The position numbers and the translations under genes are program-made. Below are positions 1 to 14,088 of a stretch of 64,000 nt of DNA, in pieces (position 1 is the stretch's first letter; each line of letters begins with the position of its first letter). The stretch lies in NCBI GenBank assembly GCA_013265495.1, contig MU059902.1, positions 1,612,001 to 1,676,000 on the forward strand, read 5' to 3'. The stretch comes from Vicugna vicugna (Eukaryota). The notes under the pieces are model-generated. The model ran no database searches and was not told the origin of the DNA. It worked only from the letters and a program-made list of their open reading frames with translations.

Positions 1-579
1 TGGTGTCATGAAGTGAAATCATGGGATGTTGCAGGTCCCCCAAGCTGGACCTTTCCAATCTGTCTACCAAAGCTAGTTCTGTACTGACGCGCAGGGACAG
101 CTGGTAAACCCCAGAGTGGTCCTCTGTGGAGTAGCAGGTACCTTTTCTTAGCTCATTCCTGCTGAAATGTTTAATGTACTATGTGTTCTCATTCTCTTTA
201 TGATTATCTAAGAATGGAAGCTGGGGCTGGGCAGATACAAGACTTTTTAAATTGCCTCAGGATTTTAGGTAGGTGTACGTTGTTTCGGTGGTTCTGTTGG
301 GGTCTTTGGGGAGAATGCTGATCTCTTTACCTGTGTTATCTTTCACACTGTGAACTTGCCCAAAATAGCATTGTCGTTCACTACGCCCAACAGTCCCCTA
401 TTCTTTGACTTTATAAAGTGCCAGTAGTTTTGGGGAAGCCATGATAAGGCAAGGAAGTCACTTACAGAAACTATTCTTTGGAAGTTTTTTTTTTTAATTC
501 AGTTAATTAAACTAGTTCTTTAAGTTGAACTTAGTTTTGAGTTTCTAGCCCTTTTCCCGAATGGAAAGAGAATAAACAT

Positions 580-720
580 AATAGCTGTCATTAATGAGCA
601 TATGTGCCAGGCCCCTCGTAGGCATTTCAGTCCTGACCACAACCTTGGAAAAGAGGAGCTCCTGTTGAACTGTCTCTAGTTTACAGGTGAGGAAACGGAG
701 TCTCAGGGAGGTTATGGCTG
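580..720 (-). mobile_element. MIR SINE fragment
   Basis: MIR core-like TTTACAGGTGAGGAAACGGAGTCTCAGGGAGGTTA; family assigned from memory. Confidence 0.6.
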
Positions 721-3700
721 TAATGGAGGACAGGGAAGAACTCAGTATGGCACTGGGGGTTCTAGCTCATCACACTGTTTTGGTTTGTGCTCAGTGTAGG
801 TTAATGGCTGCAGGCGAGAAGTGGTCATTTGGTAGCAGAAGGTGCTGACTTGGGATTTGTGGGTCGTCTCCTTGGCCACAACAGTGAGATTTCTGGCATT
901 GCCAGGGCGTGGCCATGTGCCTGTGACTCCCAGGGGTGGGTGTGGCCGGCCCAGAAAGACAGCGAGTTCATCTCTCAGGCCAATGTAGGCGTTTGGACCG
1001 CTCAGATCCTTGTCTCTTAAATATAAGCGTACCCTTCAGCCAGTTCAGCTCAATTCTGCTTTCTTTGAGAATTTTGAAAAATCTGTAATGCTTTTGCTAT
1101 TTATAGAAATAGCAAGTTTGTTTGCTTTCTCTTACCTAGGGCTCTGGGTGTCATTTGTGACTGTGATACAGTTATTTTTCAGTCAGGCAGAAGAACAGAC
1201 ATTGTAGCGAGTCCCCACCCCCGTGACTTTCTGGTTGTTCCAGTGTCCTATCCGAAAGATTTCTGTATCTTTCACAACATGCGACACTCTGTACTAAGTG
1301 CTTTATACGCATAAGCTCTTCTTAATGTCACAGTCTGCTTCTAAAACAGAGGCCAGGGCCCTGAGGGCCGTCTCTTTGGAAACCCTGCTCCCTGCCCTGA
1401 CTCTGGCTTCTCTGTCAGCAGAGCAGGGCTCTGTGGCCATGAGTTCAAGTCTGAAGTCTCCTCACAGAGGAATTTCTAGCTTTCTGTTCTCCTTCACTGC
1501 AGAGGGCTTTGATTTCTCTGGAGAAGTGAAGCAGAACTCGATAAAGGCCGTTTCTGAGGCTTTCTGCAGCTGGAAACTCTTAAGCTTTTAAAACTCTTGA
1601 TTAATGAAAAGTTTGTTGACTTTTTAGAGTTGTCTCTGGAACTCAGGTTTGAGTAATAAGAAAGCAGAGCTCATCTGTCAGTGTCCTCCCTTTGTGTCAC
1701 TTTTTTGTGTCATTGCCCAAGAGTGACCTTTTAACAACATGTGGGCATGAAGGAAAAATTATTTCCCAAGAGCAGGCCAAGAACACCTCCTTGTCTCAGA
1801 CCAGCCTCAACATACAGCTGAGGGTGGTGAGGGTTCCCCCCCCAGGAGCACTTTGCCACAACCCACATCAGTCCAGCGGAGGGGGCTGGCTAGCGTAGGG
1901 TGACTGAAGTCACCAAGGACGGTGACATTGCTGATCTGCCTCCAGAACAAGAGGTGCCAGGGTTTTGATGTGAACATAAGGCGTGCTCCTTGTACGTTTG
2001 TGCCGTATCGCACCAGAGGGACGAGAGCCCAGTCTTCCACACCGCGTGGTTTGTTTCAGAGATCTGGGTCCATCCAGCTTTCTAAAGATGTGTATTAGGT
2101 GGCCAGCAAGGCTCCCAGCTCTCCTCTGGGTAATCAGCCCGACAGTAGCAGCAGCCAGGTTCACAGAGGGGTCCCCACAGAGTAACCCATACAAGGCAGC
2201 AGGGCCAGCCACACACTCCCTGGGCCCTTGCAGGGAGCCAGCCTCCCTCTGACAAGAAGGATCGCGGAGACCTAGATATGAACCAGGAGGGCAAGCCCTC
2301 TGAGCCCGTGTCACAAACTGCGATTAGGGACCTGCAGGTTGTTTCCATAGACTACAGCCAGAGCCCTGGTAGTTCGGATGCCTGTGTTCCAAACCCCAGC
2401 GAACATGTGCATGCAAGTGGCCCAGAGCGAGGCCCCGGGACCGCAGGACCTTTCAGTCCTCGTGGCGACTTGGTGGGGGTGCCACGTGGGTAGCACCAGG
2501 CCTCTCTCCTGTGGTGACTCGGGGGAGCTCTTCCTGCATTCTGCTGGCAGCTGTTTGCCTATCTCATGCTCCTCTTCTTTCTTGCCATGCCCGTCTGGGT
2601 GAGCTGTCTTGCATCCCAGGAATCTGTGAGGTGTTCTGGAGTTGAGCTGGTCCTCCTGGGTCGTGGTGAAGCAGTGGTGAGGAAACCCACGTGGAGACCT
2701 GCCGTCCAGGGCTGCGGGGTCAGCGGGGAGCCTTGGCCGCACTGGTAGGGGCCTTAGTGCCCACATGGTGGCCAGAGGTGTAAGTGACCAGTTATTTTAC
2801 CATTTCTCCCACACTGCTGCTCCTCTTTGGTCCCTGTTCTTTCCCTCCAAGCAAAATCTGGCCGCCCCTGCTGCCCCTGCTGGCGATTATAAGCTGTACT
2901 TACCACAGCCTGGAAGAGCCTGAGGTCTGGTGGGTGTCTCCTTGCCACACCTTTCCTCTAAGCTAAGCAGGAGGGGCACACCTCAGTCCGAGACAGCTCT
3001 TACTTGGACAGCAGTGGGCCCCTCCACCTCCCTCCTGGAGTTCTTTTGCGCTGAGAGCCACTGTGAACCAGCCGCTCGCTGGCCATTGTGCAAGACTGGC
3101 CAAATAAGCCCAGGTTTGGTTTGCAAGCTTGTCTGGATTTTTCCAAGATCTTTGCCTGAGGTTAATCCAAAATTCAGGCAAAGGGGATGACTTCTTCCAC
3201 ATCTAAGGAGGAGGATGTGGTACCGTAATAGTATTTTTGTGCTTTGAAGAGTAATCTTTGCTTCTGTTCCTTTTATTAAACAAATGTGATAGAATGGCAA
3301 ACTTAAATGCCCCTTTCCCTCCTTTCTTTGCGATGAGGAAGTCTGTCCTTTATTTTAAAATTCAACTTGCAGAAATGGATTGTACTTGATAATTTGCTGT
3401 GCATCCATAAAAACCATAAAATATAAGAAGCAATGTTGCTGGAGTAGCTGTTCTCATTTCCTGGCAGTCATTACATGCTTCCAATACAAAAACATTTTTC
3501 TCCTAACTATCCTTTCTGAGCTCAAAAATGGATTTCCCTCCAGCCCCTGTTATTCAATTATCACCTCGGGAAACGCACAGAGATAACTGATGATCCCTTT
3601 AAAACGCCCTGCAGCCTGCCACCCTCTCCCATCCTTCATCTTTTGTCCCGTTCTTGTCATTAAATGTTACATTGCCTGTGTGTGTTTTATAGGGTGACCC

Positions 3701-5144
3701 TGACGGATGTCACTTTGATACTGTGCAGGGATAATAAGATTGCACATATAATGAAAGGCCGATAAATAGAAAAATGTTTACGAGATGGAGAGTGGCAGTT
3801 TTAACAGTTTTATGGCTGTCTTTACTCTTCTCCCCTTTTTCTGGTAGAATTGTGGTTTCTGTTACGGGAACTAGAAAACATCAAGAAGGGTGATGTGGTG
3901 ATAGAGCCAGCGGCACAGAAAGCCCACTTGCCCTGTTGCTGAACCCCAGTGAGATGAAGTGCTCAGCTCGTGGGAAAGAAAACTGATTTCAGGGAATGAA
4001 TTCTTGAGGTTTGGGAGGCCCTACAGAGAAAATGAGATCCCTTGTGTTGGCGTTATTATATTTAAACTATTAACAGTCTGTATTTAAACAAACAGTTCAG
4101 TAAACCAAAAATAAAAACTCCCCAATGGGTGCTTATGTGTGGGTCCGTGTGAAGTGAAGGCCAGCCATGTCGCTGTGTCAGGACTGCCCAGCTCCTGTGC
4201 CAGAGGCTGCTGGGGGCCCCTCACGTGGCTGGGGGCCCTTCCGTTCAGGCTTTAGAGCACTTGTGATGGTCTTGATCTGTCTTCAAATGAATCATTTCCA
4301 AATTTGTTGCTTATTTTTTGTTACTGTTTTGGTTAAGTGGAAGAACCTTCTGTTCGGTGCTCAGCTGATAGATGGATTTCTTAATGGAGCTGCCTGGAGA
4401 GGCGGCAACAAGAGTGTGGAGGTCAGGAGATCCACCCCGATGACCCTTGAGTCACCGCCATGGTTTAGCACTGTTAGAAAACACTGCTTTAATCAGATGA
4501 TTTTAGCTGGAGGTAGGTTGGAAGGATGCTCTGTAGCACGTGCAGAAGTCTTTTCTTGAGGGACTCTACCTGGTCTAAACTCTCACATTTCCTCAGGGAA
4601 AGAAGAGTCAGTGGTTTGGAGACAAGAGGCTTGTGAAGGCCCCTTGCTTGGCATGTCTCTATGACATCCATAGCCTAGAGCCAGAAGGCGGCCAGAGGGC
4701 ATCTCCTGCAGCCTGAGCCTCTGGACGGCCCAGGTGTGGTGAGCAGGCCATGAGGGGTGTTCATGGCTGTGGGCTCCCGGAGTCCATCCGATCTTATCTC
4801 TTATCTCTGGAGTCTGTTCTTGGTATGGGAAGTAGAAAATATTTCTCTAGGCTTGGGCATAATTCTGATTGTGCACTTGTGCCCAAACGTGTTTCTGCTC
4901 TTGTCCTCCTGAGAGCTGCTTCAGGTGGTGTGGTTCTGTAATTCACGGGTGCTGGGGGGGAAGGGTCACCCTGAGGTGAGAAGACGGCTGCCCAGTGTGA
5001 TGCCGGGTGCACAGTACTCTTCTGTGCTCTTCAGCCACCGCTGTTTAAGGTTCAGATGCTATCGAGCTGAACTCTGCAGATCAAAGGTAACCCGAATTTG
5101 AGCCTCTGGTTAAAAAACGGATGGCTCTTTCCCCTTAGTTCACA

Positions 5145-5345
5145 GCAGAGTGGTTAAGAACAGAAGACTCTGGAGCCAGACCCCTGGGGCTACCTCTTGC
5201 AGTGCTGTGATCTTGACCATGTGACTTCGTCCCCTGGGCCTTAGTTGTCTCATTTGTAAAGCAGAGATAACGAAGGTATTAGGGTGCTATGAAGATTAAA
5301 CGTATTAAGGCGTGGAAAGCACGTATGTTTAGCTACTGTTATTTT
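5145..5345 (+). mobile_element. MIR SINE
   Basis: GTGGTTAAGA...CTCTGGAGCCAGAC...TCTCATTTGTAAA pattern. Confidence 0.7.
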
Positions 5346-5769
5346 AGGTTTTATAGCCCAGTAAAAGGTGGTTTATTGGTTTGTAAATAAAGCCACTGGG
5401 TCCGGGGAAGTGGTGGCATTGGATTCCTAAGCCCACCCTCCAGCCCATGACCCCTACCTTCAGAGCAGCTGCTTCCAGCATGTGCAGGAGTTAAATTTTC
5501 ACTGGCCTGTGGGAAATGAGAAATAAGAACAGGGTAGTCATTTTGGATAACACTAAATGTCAAACTAAGGAACTCTTACTTGGAGATTATCTTTTCTACC
5601 TTTTTTAGTGATAAAATATCATTTCTTTTATAAAATAGTGGTGAGATCAGGCAGTTATTTTTAATGACCTTGCTTGGCAAAATGAAAAGGTGGCAGTCTT
5701 GCATCCATTTCTCAAAAGTTTTATCCTTTCAGAGTTATTTTCAGGTTAATTTTAGTTCTTCGGAAATAC

Positions 5770-6100
5770 TCATTCTATCAGATGTTTATTGAACACTCAT
5801 CACGTTCAAGATATTACCCTAGGCCTCGCAGATGAGGCAGACACAGACCTGGGAATTGGGTAGGCGCGTCTGTGGTTCCAGGCGGAGGAGAGCCTGTGTA
5901 CACAGGAGGGAGGCAAGAATGGAAGAGGAGTGAAACCACGTCACAACCTTGTGGCTGGGGAGAGGCAGCCAAGGAGGGCTTCAGGGAGAAGATGGAATCT
6001 GTGATGACTGGAGCCCTGAGTGGTGAGGAGCACCTGGAGTGGACATCAGGGAGTCAGTAAGGAGGGGTTCTCCAGACTGCATCCTGCTGGCAGAAGTTAA
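5770..6100 (-). mobile_element. L2 LINE 3' fragment
   Basis: CATTC...ATGTTTATTGAACAC start followed by a purine-rich L2-like body. Confidence 0.5.
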
Positions 6101-9100
6101 GCACTGAGTGAGCTGGCTGTCAGTTTTGGCAGAAGCCAAAAACCATGAGAGCTGGGGAATGCAGTCAAAAGGTCTTCTGGGGACAGAGGAAAAGGCCTGG
6201 AGGGAGCGGTGGGGCAGCGGGGTGTTTGTTCCTGTAGGCCTCGAGGAGACTTCTGTGATTCGGAGAGAGGAAAGTTGACGCGGTCAGAGCTGTACTTTGG
6301 GCAGACTGATCTAGTCTCTGTGTGGGAGGGGACAGGCCAGCCTGACACCTCAGGTCTGGAAATGCGAGTGAAGGTGTGGGACACCTGCAGGTGGCTGAGG
6401 TCAGCGACTAAAGCAACGTAGAGCTTAAGAAATCTCATTACAATTTCGGGTAAAAACTGGTCCCGTTCCTTCACCATGTTCAAATGTAGTGGTCATAATG
6501 TTAAAAAAAAAAAAAGAGAGAGAGAGAAGAAAGAAAAAATTTTCCCTTCTTTGACCTGCACAGGGATTTACAGAAAGGGCAGCGGGAGTGCCTGGTTCGG
6601 GAACATCCCTGTGAGTGTCTTCGCCTCATCGTTACAACCAGTTAAACCCAGGAGACCTTCAAGTTCTTCCAGAATCTTCCTGTTCCTCCCTTCCCTTTGT
6701 CCTTCCCGGGAGAGGAGCTGAGGTGGGTAGGGAGGGGGAGGAGCCTGCCCGGAGCAGGCGGCCTCCTCACACCGGTGCGGCACGTAAGGGCTGGGCCCGG
6801 CCGGCCACGGGAATGCGGGCGCCTGTGATCCTGCCTTGTGCCTTCAAGTGTATCACCATCCTGCCAGATGCACCTGAGACCGCAGAGGTGGTATTTAACC
6901 GTGAGCAGCAGAGCTGCCCACAGTGTCAGGGCTCCTTTAGGGATTAGGGGATTCGGTTGGTTAACAAAAGGAGGAGCCCCGGAGAGCGCTGCTTTAATTA
7001 CCAGAGTCCTTGCTGGAGGACAACCAGTTGCCTGCTACACAAAGATCTGTAAAGGTGGCTGCCCCTAAACACGGTGGATGGTTAGACCCAGGCCCAGCTT
7101 CTCACCTCACATGTTCCAAACAGTTGTCTGAGCAGCCCTTGGATCCTCGGGGAGTGAAAGGAAAGAATGACTCGTGTGGGAGTCTGTGCCAGGAAATTTT
7201 ACCGACTTGCTTCACTACCCTTGAATGAGTAGTTTTTGCCAAGAAACAATGCAGCTGTAACTCCCAGGCGGGGTGGCCTGAGCTCGGCTGCAGGGCAGGC
7301 ACGTCTCCTGGGGCCCTGGGCTGGGGAGCAGTCTGGGAAGCAGCTCTAGGCCATGTTTCCTTCTCCCTCCTGCCCCACTGGATTTGGGGCCTTGCTTCAT
7401 CACTACGCACCACTTCCTGGACCTTCTCCTTGGAAAACATACTTTTTTTTTTTTTTTTAAAGCTTTAGGTCTCTCTGTTCTATCCAGAAGGTAAGTGGTG
7501 GATTTCTTCACCCTCTTTACCTGGACCACCAAGGAAGGAGCCAAATGGTGACTGAAGGGCATCGTTCAAACAAGTTTTAGAGAAACAACACTTTGACCGA
7601 TAGTACACTGGTGTTAGACTTGATGCTTTGTGTAGAGATCATTTAGCTGCGCTCTCTCTGCATACTCAAGTTAAAATATTTGGCATCAGCACAGTTAATG
7701 CTCTATTGTAAAGATGTAAGATAATTTCTCTCACTGCTTACTTCCTGACCGCGCAGCGGGGTTTGTGTGTGTGTCAGCCCCGCCCTGCCGTCCGATGACA
7801 GTGGGAGGTGGGCTCGGGGGGCCTGTAAAACAGCTTCAGAGAGCAGCTGTATTTGTAATGCCGCTATCCAGGCCTGCCTCCCCACCCTCCCTCTCTTCTG
7901 CTGCCCCCTCCATTTTAGTAGGAGGTGCCTGGCCCAGAGTGGTTGCTTGTTGAAACTTTGGTAAAGAAGAAATTAACTTTCCCTCACGAGCTGAAGAAGC
8001 ATTTGTGGGCGGCCTCTGCTGGGTACTGTCTGGGGCTGGTGCCTGGGTGCTCTCCGTACCACGGGGACCTGGATTAAGTGAACTCCTGCCTTCCCGTGTC
8101 CCCCCCCCTCCGTGTACAAGGAGGCGGGACGCTGGTGTTCAGCGCCTCCTGTAACAGCTAGAAGACCAGTGATCGTCACAGGTGCTTTCTGCTGGTTCCC
8201 TGGACCACGTTGTGAGAATGAAAGATGAAGGAACACTGTTCCGTACACTGAATTGAGAGTGGGATGTGTATGTGTGCGGGGTTGTTTCCGAAAGACTGAG
8301 GCCTTCCTTGGCTCGTAAAGAGAAGACCTGACAGTAGGTGGCAGCCCTGGACTCTGCATCAGGGTCCCTGGACCTCATCTTCCACCACCTCAGGGTGTTC
8401 AGACTCCTTTGGAAGGTTATAGCACTAATAATATGTTGTAATTGCAAAAAAAACTGAACTCAATCTTGGGTGCACCCTTAGGCTTCTGATAATGGGGTGA
8501 GAATAATTGACTGCCTTTTCCTGTCTCCACATCAGTCTCCCAGAGGGCTCCTGTCTGAGCAGTCAGTGCTGGGCTCAGGCAAGAGGGCGCCCAGGGAGCG
8601 TGCTCCAGGCTCGGTACTGGGGACAGATGTGCTTGCTGAGTGAATCTTTGATACTTGAAATGTTTACAGCGTGTTCCTCTTCAACAGGCTGTTCTATGCT
8701 TTCATTTCCCCAAGGTCCCTTAGAGAGAAGACATGCAACTCATCTTACTTAAAAAAAAAAAAAAGGAATTATCTTTTTTAATTGGGCGGGACAGGTTACA
8801 GGTTCTCCTCCCTTAGCATTGCCCATGGGTGTCTGAGGGAAATCAGACAGCAGTGGCATTCATGGGCAGCTCACCAAGTGCCTGTGGGTTAAACTGATCT
8901 GCTAGAAGACTGGAAGGAGGCCGGGTCAGGCTGTCTCCTGCAACAGGGCTGTCCACGCCCTCCTGGCCCCCTCCCCGCCTTGGGCCTTGGAACTTGTCTC
9001 CAGGCGGCTGTTTTCCCAACAAGCTAAAGCAGAACTTACCTGAAAAGCTACCTGTAAGAGCTCTGAGCTGCCCTGACCCCTGTTGTTTCAGCCCTCATGC

Positions 9101-10264
9101 CCCAGAGCAATGCAGGGAGCCTGCCCTGAACTTGCTGGACTGGCAGCAAACATGGGGGAGGCCCACAGAAGTAAAACGGTGTCACAGGAGGAGGAACCAT
9201 TTCTCCAGTGATTCCAAGTGGCCCAGGATGCTCTCAGATTGAGCCTCTGTCCACCTGGCTTCTCTGTGCTTCCCTCTCTCCTCCCGGCCCCCAGCCCACC
9301 CGGACAGAGCGCCGCGCTGAGCAGCTTATTCCTCCTCCCCTTCTCATTCTCCTGTGCCTGGCACTCCCCACCCCTTGTTTTTCTTTCCGTGGAAAATCAG
9401 AGAAACCTAATGTGGCTTGTTCTTTAACCCTGGGAAAAGATCTGCTGTGTGTGGAGCACCTGCCCCACGGGGGGAAGCTGGTACCTACCACCAGGAGCAG
9501 AGCTCTTATTGCCAAGGCCTTTTGCAGATGACCTGTCAGGAAAACCCACCCTGCCCTCCACACCAACAGAACCGGCAGAGGAGCTGGAGAAAGAGAATCT
9601 GCTAAATATAGACCGATGGACAGAGCGCTCCTCCTGCAGGAGCTGCAGCCTGTAACAGAGCCATCGGGAGACGTCACCTCCCTTCTCTTCCTTTTTTGCT
9701 CGGGCACTAAACCAGTGTAGTTCTCCCAGCTGTGTGCAGTTAGAGCACCGGGATGCGAGGTATGTTGACTGTGAGGCCTTGTTGGGAGACGAGGTGAGAG
9801 CACTGGGAACAAAATGATCATTAGAGGCCGTTCGTGTCGACAACATTTATGCCTCTGTGTTTGCTCACAAGCAGACGCGAGAGCTCATTTGCAAGGCTGC
9901 CTTTGTGGAGCTGCCTTCTGATCAATGGTGGCCTGTGTTAATGTTTCAGTAAGCTATTGATTTCTGCAGCAGCTTTTGTTCCCTGAATTTATGTGCAGTG
10001 GGTCTCCGTGGCACACACTATGCATGTTTGATTAAAGTTCAATTGACTTCATTCCTGGTGAGGCCCCGAGCTGCTTCACTCCCTATTTGTAGAACCAGGG
10101 CTTTTCCCGATGTAGTCTTTTGTTTGTGCTCAAGACCTAGCCACCCATGCAGTCACCAATAGGCTGTGCCTAATCCTCCTAGATTTGCTCCATTCCAATG
10201 TTTAATCCCTTCCTAGACATTACTGTGGTGGAGAGGCAGCTGATAAAACCTGGTCTGGATTTTC

Positions 10265-10950
10265 TTCTTTTTTTTTTAATTTGTTAATTTCATTGATGTG
10301 TAACTGTGCATACCATATATACTGTAAAAATGCACCACTTAAAGTTGCAGAGTATGGTGAGTTTTGACAACCGGTATAAATAGCATCACAGGTGATTTGT
10401 AGAACTTCCTCATCACCCCAAGAGATTTTCTCATGTCCTTTATAGGCAGTTTCCTCCCCCTCCCCCTCCAGACTCCAGATGACCACTAATTTGCTTTTAG
10501 TGATTATAGATTTGCCTTTTCCAGAATGGAATCACACAGTCTGTGCCCTTTTCTGTCTGGCTGCTTTCACTCAGCACAATGTCTTTGCGCTTCGTCCATG
10601 TTGTGTGTTACCAGTAGTTTGTTCTGTTCTACTGACAAATAGTATTCTCGTGAGTGGCTACCAGTTCTCCTGTTGAGGGACTCTTTAGACTGTTTGCAGT
10701 TTTGGGCTACTAAGAGTAAAGTTCCTATGAACATTTGCGTCAAAGTTTGTGCACATGTTTTTATTCCTTTTGGGTAAACACCCTGGAGTGGAATCAGTTG
10801 CTAGGTTGTAGGTACATGTTTGTTTGGCTTTGTAGAAACTGCCAGTTTACAAAGTGGTTTGACCATTTTACATTCCCTCCAGCGGTGTGTGAGGTTTCTT
10901 GTCACTCCCCCGTCTTCCGGAATACAGACGTTTATAGTCTTTCATGTTGA
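10265..10950 (-). mobile_element. Old L1 (L1M-type) 3' fragment, antisense
   Basis: Poly-T start, then L1 3'UTR/ORF2-end antisense motifs (TGGAATCACACAGT...TTTTCTGTCTGGCT, TTTACATTCCCTCCAGC). Confidence 0.75.
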
Positions 10951-12796
10951 CATCAGCAGCCCTTTGGGCTTGGCCACTTTGATCCCTGGTACTCAGATAA
11001 TGGAATCTCTTCCAGGTTTCTTGTATAAAAACTTACCTAAGTGTTGTCAGAAAGTTAATATTTATTTCAGTATTAGGTTTGTGTGTGTGTGTGTCCTGAT
11101 TTTTCTCTCATACTCGGAGAGGACACGATGCAGGAGTGGAGGTTTAAGGTCGTGAACCTGAGCTTTTCCTGAGTTCTTTTTTGTCTGGTGTCTGACGTTG
11201 GGCCTGAACCCTGGCTTCCCCTATCTGAATTTGCAAGTCACACCATCTTTTAATACCATTTGAAACTCTCTCAAAATATTCATGTTGGAGAAATTGAAAT
11301 GATCCGTCGTAGCCGTGTGAGTCAGTGGTACACACAGAGCAGTGCTGTGCAGAAACTTCAGGGCGGCCGTGGTTCACAGCCTTCAGGTCAGACCGAGGTT
11401 TGACGGAGACCCTGGTGGTAGTGCCTCCTCACCAGCTTTCTCTCCCGCTGTTTCCTTCTGTGTCCTGTAGCTTCACATTTCCCCCTACCTCCCAGGCCTC
11501 TGTCATCCCCTGGCCCCTTCAGCAACTTCAGCTAAAGGAGGAGGTGAGAGGAACCGCTTTGGGTTTTCTCCTTCTTTCTGGCTTTGGGATTGGGCTGTGA
11601 TTTACAGCACCGGCTGCCTTTTGAACTAATAAAGCACACCGCTCTGACACAGTGTTTGAAGGGTGATGGTGACCTGCCCTGGTTCTGTTCTCTGCTTTCT
11701 CATAGGAAAACCAGAGCCAGGTCACTTTTTATGTCAGCACAGTTCTCTTAATGCCCTATCGGATTTATAGGATTTATAGATTTGTGCCCTCCAGCCAGCC
11801 AACACCAGAAGATCAGTACAGATAAATAAATGACTTTACAAGTCGGGAAGGTAGGAGGTGAAGAGGCAGGACCCAGGAGGTTTCTCAGATGGTGACCTGG
11901 GCTCAGGATGCTCCAGTCACCAGGGGGACAGTTGTAGCCCACATTTGTAGAATAACATGTAATAGGCAAGTTAGAAATACACAGGCAGTTACTACCTTTT
12001 CCCTTATTCTGGTGCTGTCTCATGGAGCGGAAAAGAGGTGGGGAAGGGTGTGCACGTGCAGGCAGGCGTGTGTGGGCTCGTCCTTGGTGGCTGGCTCCTG
12101 GCCTCCTTGGCCTGGGGTCTTGCTTCATGTGTTAAGTCACTAGCCTGTGCACTGCTGAGCCCCTTGGGGCTGGGAGTGCCAAAGATGCCATTTTTTTCAA
12201 AGTGCATTTGGGCTCATGTCTGCTTGCAGTGGTTTTTTTAAAAAGATGTCTTGCCTCCCACTCTTCCTGGCTGTACATGAAAAGAGGAGCTCCTTTTTTA
12301 GCCTTTAACCCTGTGACATACGACATTTCATCTCTGCACCAGCGCACCGTGTGGTGTGTCCCCACTTGGTCTTTTTCGTCAAGCTCAGTCTTGCCCTGAG
12401 GACTCTGCCCGCTTGCCCGCTGCAGGCACTGGGGGGAGCGGCTTTCCTGGTTTTGGGGTCTGTTCTTCCTGGCCTTCCTGCTGGCCTGAGGTCCCACCAC
12501 CTCAGTTATTTGCTTTGGTTATTTCGGGAACGGTCTAACTGGCCAGGCATTTCCCCGGCACACCCGTGTGGAGTCACTGGGATGCTGTGCGGAGAACATC
12601 CTGTGCGTGCACACATGCACCCACTTACGCACAGAGAGGGCAGGGATTTTCCTTTCTGTCGATTGTTCAGTGATGCAATGCAGCTCTGGTGCTTAGCACA
12701 GTGGCGGTGGCGTCTGGCGCCCAGTAGGCACCCAGCAGACACCTGTTGAGCCAGTGAATGTTCCTGATGTCCAGAAGTCACGCTCTGCGGGGCTGA

Positions 12797-13225
<429 letters not shown>

Positions 13226-13995
13226 TGACCTCGGCGTCAGTAGGGAGAGTTTTACAAATTATTCGTACATTTAAATTTTTCTGATAAGCTCAACATCATT
13301 TTTATGTTTTACATAAATGTAAGTCTTGGCCTTAGGTGTTTTTGATAATTTCAGAAGTGTTCTCCCTCAGCGGATGGTGTGCTGTGTGCATTCTCACTGC
13401 GCTAGTATGGTGGCCACAGTATGATCAGAGTAACAATTTCTTCCTACTTTACCAAGATCAGTCTCTTGGTCCTGGAGTGCCTCGTAATCTGAGATGACAG
13501 CAAAGCCCATGCCTTCTTATCCTCTAAAAATCAGAAAATAGTGCCTTGTGGTTCTGCCTTGGCCCAGGGCACTCACCTTGAGGGCCGCTTATGTTGCTTC
13601 TGTAAATAAGAAATAATCCAGTAGGGCCAGGGGCTGGGGCTTGAGAGGGAATTGCTCAGGGTGCCTGGGCATGTCAGGGAGGCACAGTATTTGAGTTCAC
13701 CAGTTGTAGGTGTTGGTGCCGGCCACCCCAGGGTTGGTGTGTAACATCGGCACCCCCCTCCCCAGCTGGCAGGGCAGGCCCTTGGGCACTGCCCCTGAGT
13801 TCTTCCTTCTGATGACTGGCTGACTGGCCTGGGGAAATTCAGAGTAGTCCTTCCTGAACACTGCCCCACCTCAGCCTCCTGGGCCGCCCTGACTGTTGGC
13901 TCAGAGTCTGGGGCAGGTTGGAAGTAATAAGTGGTCCCAGGCTTGGCTGAGCATAATGGTGCCCCCCCACCCCCTTGTGTGCCTGTGACACCCAG

Positions 13996-14088
13996 TGGAC
14001 CTGAGCTCAGCCAGTGAGGATGACTTTGACAGCGAGGACAGCGAGCAGGAGCTGAAGGGGTACGCCTGCCGCCACTGCTTCACCACCA
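13996..14088 (+). CDS. RERE: RERE coding exon ([31 protein letters not shown]), 93 nt; first half of the GATA-type zinc finger
   Basis: CCCAG| acceptor, A|GTAAGT donor, CxxC motif; phase matches both neighbours. Confidence 0.97.

Noticed and set aside
3660-3900. Strong-looking acceptors at ~3691 and ~3847 (and ~1139) in the RERE intron
   Set aside because: No matching good donor at exon-like distance, so no exon can be supported.
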